DNA from: the human T2T-CHM13v2.0 reference genome, Homo sapiens
Strand: one strand, 5' to 3'
Assembly (NCBI RefSeq): GCF_009914755.1
Contig: NC_060936.1
DNA: 64,000 nt
Positions 27,321 to 37,792 of this stretch are shown here, piece after piece. The notes below the pieces were generated by a model. That model did no database searches, was not told the origin of the DNA, and saw only the letters and a list, made by a program, of their open reading frames with translations. Numbering within the stretch: the first letter of the stretch is position 1; each line of letters starts with the position of its first letter. A program made the translations under genes and the position numbers.

Positions 27321-27450
27321 TATATATATATATGTATAATAGTATATATGTATACTATTATACATATAGCTCTTAGATATATAATTATATATATACGTGT
27401 ATGTACATATAGCTCTTAAATATATATTTATAAATATATATTTATAGCTC
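27321..27450. repeat. (TA)-rich low-complexity tract with perfect inverted repeats
   Basis: 18-bp arms at 27329-27346 and 27351-27368 with a 4-nt loop; 28-bp palindrome at 27417-27444. Confidence 0.9.
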
Positions 27451-28430
27451 CCTTGGAAGTTCACATGTGGTTAAATAATTTGCATTTGAAATTTTTCACT
27501 TCTTTCTTAAATAATCCTAATCATTAACTTTCAATTAATATGCAAATATCATTGCTGAAGAATATAAGTAATTTGATACTGTTTTCCACTTGATAACCAG
27601 AGCACTGATTTTCAGCAGATGGAGAAACTACCAGGGGTTATGGAGCGTGTAAGGTGGGATAGAAGTCTCATAACCAAGAGGCTTATGAGATTAGAAAAAA
27701 ATATATTTAATACATAGTTTAATATTACGTTTTAGAAAAGAAAAAATGCTTATACATTTTGAAATATAGACTGAGTATTAGTTGAGATACATTTTTTAAA
27801 AAGTTTTTAAAAAGACTGAAAACACTGATTTAGAGAAGAACCTCTAGATTTCTTTAAGTTTTATTTGTTTGGCTTGGAATATATAGGCCTCTCTGTGTGA
27901 AGTCTGTGTCATAAGGCTAGGATGATCCTTTCTTAAAGTTTTTTTTGTGTGTGTGTGTGTGTGTGTCTGTGTGTGTGTGCATACGCATATGTATGTATGT
28001 GTTTGTTTTTGCTCATCGCTTATTGCTTTTTTTTTAATTTTCGGGAACCATAGTCTTTGTTCTGCCACTGGATCATGGTTGGGTACAATTAATGATTGCT
28101 TTTGCCTACCCTAACAGATCTCCCTCAATTCAAGTTGGCATAGTATATAGCTAATGTTGGAAGTTTCTTTGATCTCAGCCACTCCAGACCAATAGTTATG
28201 GTTTGGCCTACAATGGCTGACTATAGAAACATAAACTAAAAAGAGCTATGAAGTCAGTGTTCAATATGGTACACCATTGAGAACTGAACAGGACCCTGAG
28301 CATCAAGTGCATGTCTGTGGCAAAGAAAAGTAAAAAGTAGAACTATCTAAAATAGCAATATCATGGAGTATAGAGAAATAATGGCTTTACCAAACAGTTC
28401 TCTCTTATTATTCTTGATTAAATAGAAACT

Positions 28431-28574
28431 GGCTGGGCATGGTGGCACATGCCTGTAGTCCCAGCTGTGGCATTCAGGAGGCTGTGGCTGGAGGATTGTT
28501 TGAGCCCAGGAGTTCAAGGCCGCAGTGAGCTATGCCTGGGTGACAGAGCAAGACTCTGTGTCTAAAAAAAAAAA
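28431..28574 (+). mobile_element. FRAM / AluJ right monomer with internal deletion
   Basis: 'ggctgggcatggtggcacatgcctgtagtcccagct...tgagcccaggagttcaaggccgcagtgagctatg|cctgggtgacagagc' plus A tail. Confidence 0.85.
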
Positions 28575-28889
28575 TTTTTTTTAAGTACTGTAAATATATA
28601 GACTCCAAAGTGTAAATATGCTGAGGAATCCCTAGCCTCTTTGCACCCCACACAAAGACATTGCAATCATGGTAGAGGAACAAAATGCAGATTCCCAAGT
28701 GCTCTTCTAAACTCCCTTTACTTCCCAGATAAATAATGGAAGAGAAGATTAAAATGATCACCTTTCATTCTATTACACTTATCTCAACATTTCAAATTGA
28801 ATTTCTAGGTTTTTAATCTTTAACAGAGCAGACTCTCCTTCTTCTTCATCTTCTCCTTCCCTTATCCTTCCTTCATGGTAAGTTCAGTC

Positions 28890-30720
28890 CCAAAGCCATT
28901 AGTGGGGTTGCTCAAGGCAGACATCTATGCCAGAGTTGGGGTAACTGCAATGGCCCAACATTGCAGAGGGCAAGTGGGTGAGGAGGGCTTCCCTGTGGAG
29001 GGACAACCTGTGCAAGGTGTAGAGCCCTAGCAGGCTGAGGAGGGCATCACCCAGGAAGGCAGCCCAGAACAGGGTATCAGAGTGTGAGCAATTTAAGGTG
29101 GTGTCTATAGGGGGAGTGCCTGGACACACAGTGCCAGAGTTTGCACAGAAGTGTTATGCTTGATGGGAATGGTCAGTCCCCAGGTGGGGTAAGGAAGGCA
29201 TTCTCATGGTGAGGCAACTCAATACAGGCATGTCAAAACTCTGGTAGTGTAAAGACGAGGTCCATACATAGAGGTGAGCTGATATGGGGTATTGAAGTCT
29301 GGGGAGACTATGGAGGGTATCTATGCAAGAGATCAGGGCAGGCTGACCTGAAGTGTCAGGACCCAGGCAGGGTAAGGGAGTGTCCTTGCAAGAGAGCAGC
29401 CCAGCCCAAACAAGGTGAGGAGATCAAGGTGAGAAAGTTCCCCAATAAGGAATGTCAGAGCCCAGGCAGATGAGCAGAGTGTACACACAGGGTGGGAGGG
29501 GGTCTGGTACAGGAAAGCAGTGAAGAGTATATACATGGGGGAAGAGAGTGACAGCAGTTGTGGGAGATTAGTTACTAAAAGATTGAGCAAATAAGTAAAT
29601 GTATGAAGATAATAGAAACTATATCTCTCAACTTTGGAAAAGGAAATTCCAAGTATGGAAAAGAAAAATAAAAACAACTAGAAGGTAAAAGGAGCTTTGC
29701 TTTGTTAGATTGGAATTAGAGATATCAGTGCAAACTCATGGTTTTCAATCTATATAAATAGATGAAGATACATCTGTAGTATATAGTATAAATATAAATG
29801 TTAATGTGAGTGTGTGTGCACGTGTGTGTTGGGAGGGCCCAGGAGTAGCTCTACATCAATAACCTCAAGGATTCCTAGAACTCAGATCCCTATACCATTC
29901 TCCATCATTTGGCTGATTCCAAGGCTAGGGTAGGGAATCAGCAAAATGATTCTGGAACATCTTTTTGTGCCAGAAAGAAAGTGCTGATAGAACCATGTGG
30001 ACACATTAAAAGGAAAGAGAAGCCAGTATTAAGGGCCTCACACTGGCCAAATGGAAGACAATTTGAACATAAAATAAAAGTCATGGATTATGAATCTTGA
30101 ATAAAATAGGAAACCATGAGTATATATTCTTTAATGGGGGACAGGATATCTATAGACTTAAAGTAATTCTCTATAGAATACTTATTAATGACAAAGGGAA
30201 ATCAGTAATTTTACTAATTTTGGAGAACTGTGGCAGAAACCCTCTTAACCAAGTGATTAGAGAACAAGATTGTACATAGGACAAATTGAATTGTGCGTTA
30301 TCCAATAGGATGTAATGAGAAGAGCACAACCTTTCTGTAACATTCTTGCCAAAGATGCATAAGCTGAATGTAATAAGGAAACACTGGAAACCCCAAATTT
30401 AGGGTTATTCTACAAAACACCTAGCCTGCAATCTTCAAAAGTGTCAAGGTCATTAAAGTCAAAGAAAGGCTGAGGAACTGTTCTAGATTTAGAAGCCTCA
30501 GGAGACACATCACTGAAATGCAGAGTGTGATTCTGAACTGGATTCTTTACCCTTGAGGATATTTTTGGGATGACTGGTGAAATTTGAATGGATTAGATAA
30601 TAATGGTGTGTATCAATGTTAATTTCCTGATTTTGATGGTTATCTTATGGTTTTGTAGAATAATTTCCTTGTTTGTAGAAATTACAAACTGTTATCTGGT
30701 AGTGATATCCCCTTAAAAAA
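28890..30720 (+). mobile_element. L1MC3/4-type long 3'UTR
   Basis: G-rich degenerate repeat block, then 'ttggaattagagatatcagt', 'ggctgattccaaggctaggg', 'cttcaaaagtgtcaaggtcat', 'tatcaatgttaatttcctgattttgatgg'. Confidence 0.75.
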
Positions 30721-30735
30721 AAAGAAACCACCCAC

Positions 30736-31048
30736 TGTATTAGTTTCCTAGAGCTGCTGTAACAAATTACCTAAAACTGCATGAAGTAAAATAACAAAAA
30801 TTTATTCTCACAGTTTGGGAGGTCAAACGTCTAAAATCAAGACATCAGTGGAGTTGGTTCCCTCTGAAAGGTCCAAGGGAGAATCTATTCCCTGCACCTC
30901 TCCTAGCTTCTGGTGGTTCTGGCAATTCCTCGCATTCTTTGGCTTACAGACATATCACTCAAACCCCTGCCTCCATCTTCACTTGGCTCTCCCCTGTGTC
31001 TGTTTATCTCACATCTTTCTTTTCTCTTATAATGATACCAGCAATCGT
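30736..31048 (-). mobile_element. MLT1B/C LTR, truncated at the L1 tail
   Basis: 'tgtattagtttcctagagctgctgtaacaaattac...tcttataatgataccagc'; the rest of the LTR is not found on the far side of the L1. Confidence 0.85.
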
Positions 31049-31254
31049 ATTTTTTATTACACTTTAAGTTCTGGTGTACATGTGCAGAACATGCAGGTTT
31101 GTTACATAGGTATACATGTGCCATGGTGGTTTGCTGCACCCATCAACCCATCATCTCATTAGGTATTTTTCCTAATGCTATCCCCCACTAGCCCCCAATC
31201 CCCCGACAGGCCCCTGTGTGTGATGTTCCCCTCACTGTGTCCTGTTCTCATTGT

Positions 31255-34200
31255 TCAACTCCCACTTATGAGTGAGAACACGTGCTGTTTGGTTCTCTGT
31301 TATGTGTTAGTTTGTTGAGAATGATGGTTTCCAGCTTCATCCATGTCCCTGCAAAGGACATGAACTCATCCTATTTTATGGCTGCATAGCATTCCATGGT
31401 GTATTTGTGCCACATCTTCTTTATCCAGTCTGTCATTGATGGGCATTTGGGTGGTTCCAAGTCTTTGCTATTGTGAATAGTGCTGCAATAGACATACGTG
31501 GGCATGTGCCTTTATAGCAGAAAAATTTGTAATCCTTTGGGTACATATCCAGTAATGGGTTTGCTGGGTCAAATGGTATTTCTGGTTCTAGATCCTTGAG
31601 GAATTGTCACACTGTCTTCCACAATGGTTGAACTAATTTACACTCCCACCAAAAATGTGAAAGCATTCCCATTTCTCCACATCCCTTTCAGCGTAAAAGC
31701 ATTCCCATTTCTCCACATCCTTTTCAGCGTAAAAGCATTCCCATTTCTCCACATCCTCTCCAGCATCTATTGTTTCCTGACTTTTTAATGATCACCATTC
31801 TAACTGGTGTGAGATGGGATCTCATTGTGGTTTTGGTTTGCATTTCTGTAATGACCAGTGATGAAGAGCTTTTTTTTTTTTTCATAATTTCGTTGGCCAC
31901 ATAAATGTCTTCTTTTGAGAAGTGTCTGTTTATATCCTTTGCCCACTTTTTGATGGGGTTGTTTGTTTTTTTCTTGTAAATTTGTTCAAGTTCCTTGTAG
32001 ATTCTGGATATTAGCCCTTTGTCATATGGATAGATTGCAAAAGTTTTCTCCCATTTTGTAGGTTGCCTGTTCACTCTGATGACAGTTTCTTTTGCTGTGC
32101 AGAAGCTCTTTAGTTTAATTAGCTCTCATTTGTCAATTTTGGCTTCTGTTGCCATTGCTTTTAGTGTTTTAGCCATGAAGTCTTTGCCCATGCCTATGTC
32201 CTGAATGGTATTGCCTAGGTTTTCTTTTAGGGTTTGTAAGGTTTTAGGTCTTATGTTTAAGTCTTTAATCCATCTTACATTTAAGTCTTTAATACACTCA
32301 GGATAGATTATGCATCTATTGTATAAGGTGTAAGGAAGGGTCCAGTTTCAGTTTTCTGCATATGGCTAGCCAGTTTTCCTAACACCATTTATTAATAGAG
32401 AATCCTTTCCTCATTGCTCATTTTTGTCAGGTTTGTCAAAAATTAGATGGTTTTAGATGTGTGGCATTATTCCTGAGGCCTCTGTTCTGTTCCATTGGTC
32501 TATATATCTGTTTTGGTACCAGTACCAGGATGTTTTGGCTACTGTAACCTTGTAGTATAGTTTGAAGTCAGACAGTGTGATGTCTCCAGCTTTGCTCTTT
32601 TTGCTTAGGCTACACAGGCTCTTTTTTGGTTCTATATGAAATTTAAGGTAGTTTTTTCAAATTCTGTGAAGAAAGTCAATGGTAGCTTGATGCAGATAGC
32701 ATTGAATCTATAAATTACTTTGGGTAGTATGGCCATTTTCATGATATTGAGTCTTCCCATCTATGAGCATAGAATATTTTTTCCATTTATTTGTGCCCTC
32801 TCTTATTTCTTTGAGCAGTGGTTTGTAGTTCTCCTTAAACAGGTCCTTCACATCCCTTGTAAGTTGTATTCCTAGGTATTTTATTCTCATTGTAGCAATT
32901 GTGAATGGGAGTTCACTCATGATTTAGCTCTCCATTTGTCTATTATTGGTGTATAGGAATGCTTGCGATTTTTGCACATTGATTTTTTATCCTGATACTT
33001 TGCTTTCAGCTTAGTAATCAGAAGTTGCATATCAGCTTAATAAGATTTGGGGCTGAGAAGATGAGGTTTTCTAAATATACAATCATGTCATCTGCAAACA
33101 GAGACAATTTGACTTCCTCTCTTCCTATTTGAATACCCTTCATTTCTTTCTCTTGCCTGACTGCCCTGGCCAGAACTTTCAATACTATGTTGAATAGCAG
33201 TGGTGAGTGAGGGCATCCTTGTCTTGTCCCAATTTTCAAAGGGAATGCTTCCAGCTTTTGCCCATTCAGTATGATATTGGCTGTGGGTTTGTCATAAATA
33301 GCTCTTAATATTTTGAGATACATTCCATCAGTACCTAGTTGATTGAGAGTTTTCAGCATGAAGGGGTGTTGAATTTTGTCAAAGGCCTTTTCTGCATTTA
33401 TTGGGATAACCATGTAGTTTTTGTCACTGGTTCTGTTTATGTGATGGATTACATTTATTGATTTGCATATCTTGAAACATCCTTGCATCCCAGGGATGAA
33501 GCTGACTTGATTGTAGTGGATAAGCTTTTTGACATGCTACTGGATTCAGTTTGCCAGTATTTTATTGAGGATATTCACATCGATGTTCATCAGGGATATT
33601 GGCCTGATTTTTTTTTTAATGAGTTAGGGAGAAGTACCTCTTTTTCTATTGTTTGAAATAGTTTCAGAAGGAATGGTACCAGCTGCTCTTTGTACCTCTG
33701 GTAGAATTTGGCTGTGAATTCACCTGCTCCCAGGCTTTTTTTGGTTGGTAGTCTACTAATTACTGCCTCAATTTCAGAACTTGTTATTAGTCTGTTCAGG
33801 GATTCAACTTCTTTCTAGTTTAGTCTTGGGAGGGTGCATGTGTCCAGGAATTTATTCATTTCTTCTAGATTTTCTAGTTTATTTGCATAGAGGTGTTTAC
33901 AGTATTCTCTGATGGTAGTTTGTATTTCCGTGGCATCACTGGTGATCTCCCCTTTGTCATTTTTTATTGTGTCTATTTGATCCTTTTCTCTTTTCTTCTT
34001 CAGTAGTCTGGCTAGTGGTCAATCTATTTTGTTAATATTTTCAAGAAACAAGCTCCTGGATTCATTGATTTTTGAAGGGTGTTTTGTGTATCTATCTCCT
34101 TCAGTTCTGCTCTAATCTTAGTTATTTCTTGTCTTCTGCTAGCTTTTGAATTTGTTTGCTCTTGCTTCTCTAGTTCTTATTATTGTGATATTAGGGTATT

Positions 34201-35233
34201 GATTTTTGATCTTTCCCGCTTTCTTCTATGGGCATTTAGTGTTATAAATTTCCCTCTAAACACTGCTTTAGCTGTGTCCCAGAGATTCTAGCATGTTGTG
34301 TCTTTGTTCTCATTGGGTTCAAAGAACTTCTTTATTTCTGCCTTAACTTTGTTATTTACCCAGAAGTCATTCAGGAGCTGGTTGTTCAGTTTCCGTGTAG
34401 TTGTGCAGTTTTGAGTGAGTTTCTTAATCCTGAATTCTAATTTGATTGCACTGTGGCCTGAGAGACTGTTTGTTATGATTTCTGTTCTTTTGCATTTGCT
34501 GAAGAGTGTTTTACTTCCAATTATGTGGTCAATTTTAAAATAAGTGTGATGTAGTGCTGAGAAGAATGTATATTCTGTTGATTTGGGGTGGAGTGTTCTG
34601 TAGATGTCTATTTGGTCCACTTGGTCCAGAGCTGAGTTCAAGTCCTGAATACCCTTGTTAATTATCTGACTGGTTGATCTGTCTAATATTGACACTGGGG
34701 TGTTAAAGGGGTTATTAGGTCCACTTGGTCCAGAACTGAGTTCAAATCCTGAATATCCTTGTTATTTTTCTGTTTCATTGATCTGTCTAATATTGAAAAT
34801 GGGGTGTTAAAGTTTAAGTCTCTTTGTAGGTCTCTAAGAACTTGCTTTATGAATCTGGGTGCTCCTGTATTGGGTGCATATAGTTGGCTCTTCTCATTGC
34901 ATTGATCCCTTTACCATTAGGTAATGGCCTTTTTTGTCTCTTTTGATCTTTGTTCGTATAAAGTCTGTTTTATCAGAGACTAGAAGTGCAACACCTGTTT
35001 TTTGTTTGTTTGTTTGTTTGTTTGTTTTGCTTTCCATTTGCTTGGTAAATCTTCCTCCATCCCTTTATCTTGAGCCTATGTTAGTCTTTCCATGTGAGAT
35101 GGGTCTCCTGAATACAGCACACCGATGGGTCTTGGCTCTTTATCCAATCTGCCAGTCCATGTCTTTTCATTGGAGCATTTAAACCATTTACATTTAAAGC
35201 TAATATTGTTGGGGGTGAATTCGATCCCATCAT
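31255..35233 (-). pseudogene. L1 ORF2p, disrupted
   Basis: Fragments including [14 protein letters not shown]...[14 protein letters not shown]; stops, deletions and local duplications. Confidence 0.9.
31657..31764. repeat. 36-bp tandem triplication inside L1 ORF2
   Basis: Three near-identical units gt(g/a)aaagcattcccatttctccacatcc...cagc. Confidence 0.95.
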
Positions 35234-35296
35234 TATGATGCTAGCTAGTTATTTTGCCCATTAGTTTATGTAATTTCTTCATAGCGTCAATGGTCT

Positions 35297-36311
35297 TCAC
35301 AATTTTGTATGTTTTTGCAGTGACTGGTACCAGTTTTTCCTTTCCGTATTTAGTGCTTCCTTCAGGAGCTCTTGTAAGGCAGGCCTGGTGGTGACAAAAT
35401 CTCTCAGCATTTGCTTATCTGTAAAGGATTTTATTTCTCCTTCGCTTATGAAGCTTAGTTTGGCTGGACATGAAATTCTGGGTTGAAAATTGTTTTCTTT
35501 AAGAATGTTGAATATTGGCCCCACTCTCTTCTGGCTTGTAGAGTTTCTGCCGAGATATCCGCTGTTAGTCTGACGGGCTTCCCTTTGTGGGTAACCCGAC
35601 CTTTCTCTCTGGCTGCCCTTAACATTTTTTCCTTCATTTCAACTTTGGTGAATCTGACAATTATGTGTCTTGGAGTTGCTCTTCTCAAGGAGTATCTTTG
35701 TGGCGTTCTCTGTATTTCCTGAATCTGAATGTTGGCCTGCCTTGCTAGATTGGGGAAGTTCTCCTGGATAATATCCTGCAGAGTGTTTTCCAACTTGGTT
35801 CCATTCTCCCTGTCACTTTCAGGTACACCAATCAGACGTAGATTTGGTCTTTTCACATAGTCCCATATTTCTTGGAGGCTTTGTTCATTTCTTTTTATTC
35901 TTTTTTCTATAAACTTCCTTTCTCACTTCATTTCATTCGTTTCATCTTCCATCACTGATACCCTTTCTTCCAGTTGATCGCATCGGCTCCTGAGGCTTCT
36001 ACATTCTTCATGCAGTTCTCGAGCCTTGGCTTTCAGCTCCATCAGCTCCCTTAAGCACTTCTCTGTGTTGGTTATTCTAGTTACATATTCGTCTAAATTT
36101 TTTTCAAAGTTTTTAACTTCGTTGCCTTTGGTTTGAATTTCCCTGTAGCTCAGAGTAATTTGATTGTCTGAAGCCTTCTTCTCTCAACCCGTCAAAGTCA
36201 TTCTTCGTCCAGCTTTGTTCCGTTGCTGGTGAGGAACTGCGTTCCTTTGGAGGATGAGAGGCGCTCTGCTTTTTAGAGTTTCCAGTTTTTCTGCTCTGTT
36301 TTTTTCCCCAT
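35297..36311 (-). pseudogene. L1 ORF1p, disrupted (hybrid)
   Basis: Start codon at 36309-36311 with an extra base in the following A-run; fragments KRPNLRLIGVPE...ARREW and RPALQELLKEAL. Confidence 0.88.
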
Positions 36312-36439
36312 CTTTGTGGTTTTATCTACTTTTGGTCTTTGATGATCGTGATGTACAGATGGATTTTTGGTGTGGATGTCTTTTCTGTTTGTTAGTTTTC
36401 CTTCTAACAGACAGGACCCTCAGCTGTAGGTCTAATGGA

Positions 36440-37336
36440 GTTTGCTAGAGGTCCACGCCAGACCCTGTTTGCCTGGGTATCAGCAGCGGTGGCTGCAGAA
36501 CAGCGGATTTTTGTGAACCGCAAATGCTGCTGTCTGATCGTTCCTCTGGAAGTTTTGTCTCAGAGGAGTACCCGGTCATGTGAGATGTCAGTCTGCCCCT
36601 ACTTGGGGGTGCCTCCCAGTTAGGCTGCTCGGGAGTCAGGGGTCAGGTACCCACTTGAGGAGGCAGTCTGCCCATTCTCAGATCTCTATCTATGTGCTGG
36701 GAGAACCACTGCTCTCTTCAAAGCTGTCAGACAGGGACATTTAAGGCTGCAGAGGTTACTGCTGTCTTTTTGTTTGTCTGTGCCCTGCCCCCAGAGGTGG
36801 AGCCTACAGAGGCAGGCAGGCCTCCTTGAGCTATGGTCAGCTCCACCCAGTTTGAGCTTCCCGCCTGCTTTGTTTACCTAAGCAAGCCTGGGCAATGGCG
36901 GACGCCCCTCCCCCAGCCTCGCTGCCGCCTTGCAGTTTGATCTCAGACTGCTGTGCTAGCGATCAGCGAGACTCTGTGGGCATAGGACCCTCCAAGCCAT
37001 GTGCGGGATATAATCTCCTGGTGCACCGTTTTTTAAGCCTGTCAGAAAAGCGCAGTATTAGGGTGGGAGTGACCCAATTTTCCAGGTGCCATCTGTCACC
37101 CCTTTGACTCGGAAAGGGAACTTCCTGACCCCTTGCACTTGCCGAGTAAGGCAATGCCTCGCCCTGCTTTGGCTCGCGCACAGTGTGCTGCACCCACTGT
37201 CCTGCGCCCACTGTCTGGCACTCCCAAGTGAGATGAACCTGGTACCTCAGATGGAAATGCAGAAATCACCCGTCTTCTGTGTTGCTCATGCTGGGAGCTG
37301 TAGACCGGAGCTGTTCCTATTCAGCCATCTTGGCTC
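36440..37336 (-). promoter_or_regulatory. L1PA3-type 5'UTR: sense/antisense promoter, YY1 site, retained ZNF93-binding segment
   Basis: YY1 motif gccatctt at 37324-37331; the ~129-bp block at 36440-36568, absent from the youngest L1s, is present. Confidence 0.7.
36895..37107 (+). CDS. LINE-1 ORF0 (antisense ORF of the primate L1 5'UTR), open reading frame of 70 aa; expression unknown
   Basis: MADAPPPASLPPCSLISDCCASDQRDSVGIGPS...RVGVTQFSRC matches ORF0 (MAGAPPPASLPPCSLISDCCASNQRDSVGVGPSEP...); Kozak-like gcaATGG; donor cag|gtgcca at 37085/37086. Confidence 0.75.
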   Translation: MADAPPPASLPPCSLISDCCASDQRDSVGIGPSKPCAGYNLLVHRFLSLSEKRSIRVGVTQFSRCHLSPL

Positions 37337-37754
37337 GAGCCAATATTTTAATCAAGATTTGTCTGATTTCAAAGTCCATGTTCAGGTTTACTATGAGTCA
37401 TCTTAATAACTTATCTATCTGAAGCATCTTTTCCCCATGAAGCATGTGTGTAATGCCCTGAAGATGCCATTTATCCTTGTCCCACATATCATACCCAAGG
37501 TTCTTGTCTCCCTCATGCAGCTACAGTGCCCAACACTTTTGCTGCACCTGTCATAGGACTTTACTGCCTCCTTTTGTGGTCATCTCTTAAGACAGAGAGC
37601 TCAATATCTTCTCACCATCTCCTACGCTCTTTGGGGAAAACTTGTGATGAGGAAAATAATGCCGCAGAAGAAGCTTGTCTGTAGATGGTAATGTGATTCT
37701 AAAATCAGCAGGAAATTATTTCATTTCAGGCAGACAGGCTGATCTGAAGATCAA

Positions 37755-37792
37755 GGGAATGGGAGGGGAGGGGAGGGGAGGGGAGGGGAGGG
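37755..37792 (+). repeat. (GGGGA)n tract with G-quadruplex/H-DNA potential
   Basis: gggaatgggaggggaggggaggggaggggaggggaggg. Confidence 0.9.

Larger units (their letters stand above)
31049..37336 (-). mobile_element. Full-length-sized chimeric LINE-1: L1PA7-type 3' part (31049 to ~35445) and L1PA3-type 5'UTR/ORF1 (~35540-37336)
   Basis: 3'UTR and ORF2 share diagnostics with the L1PA7 at 6631-13148; the 5'UTR and most of ORF1 are of the young type and clearly differ from that copy's 5'UTR; no convincing TSD. Confidence 0.88.

Noticed and set aside
28890-29570. G-rich island as a promoter or novel satellite
   Set aside because: Almost no CpG, and continuous with L1MC3/4-type 3'UTR sequence.
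31657-31764. 36-bp repeats next to a reverse transcriptase as a CRISPR-like or retron/DGR-like array
   Set aside because: Head-to-tail copies of L1 sequence with no spacers, in human DNA. The same applies to 54716-54787 and 62579-62689.
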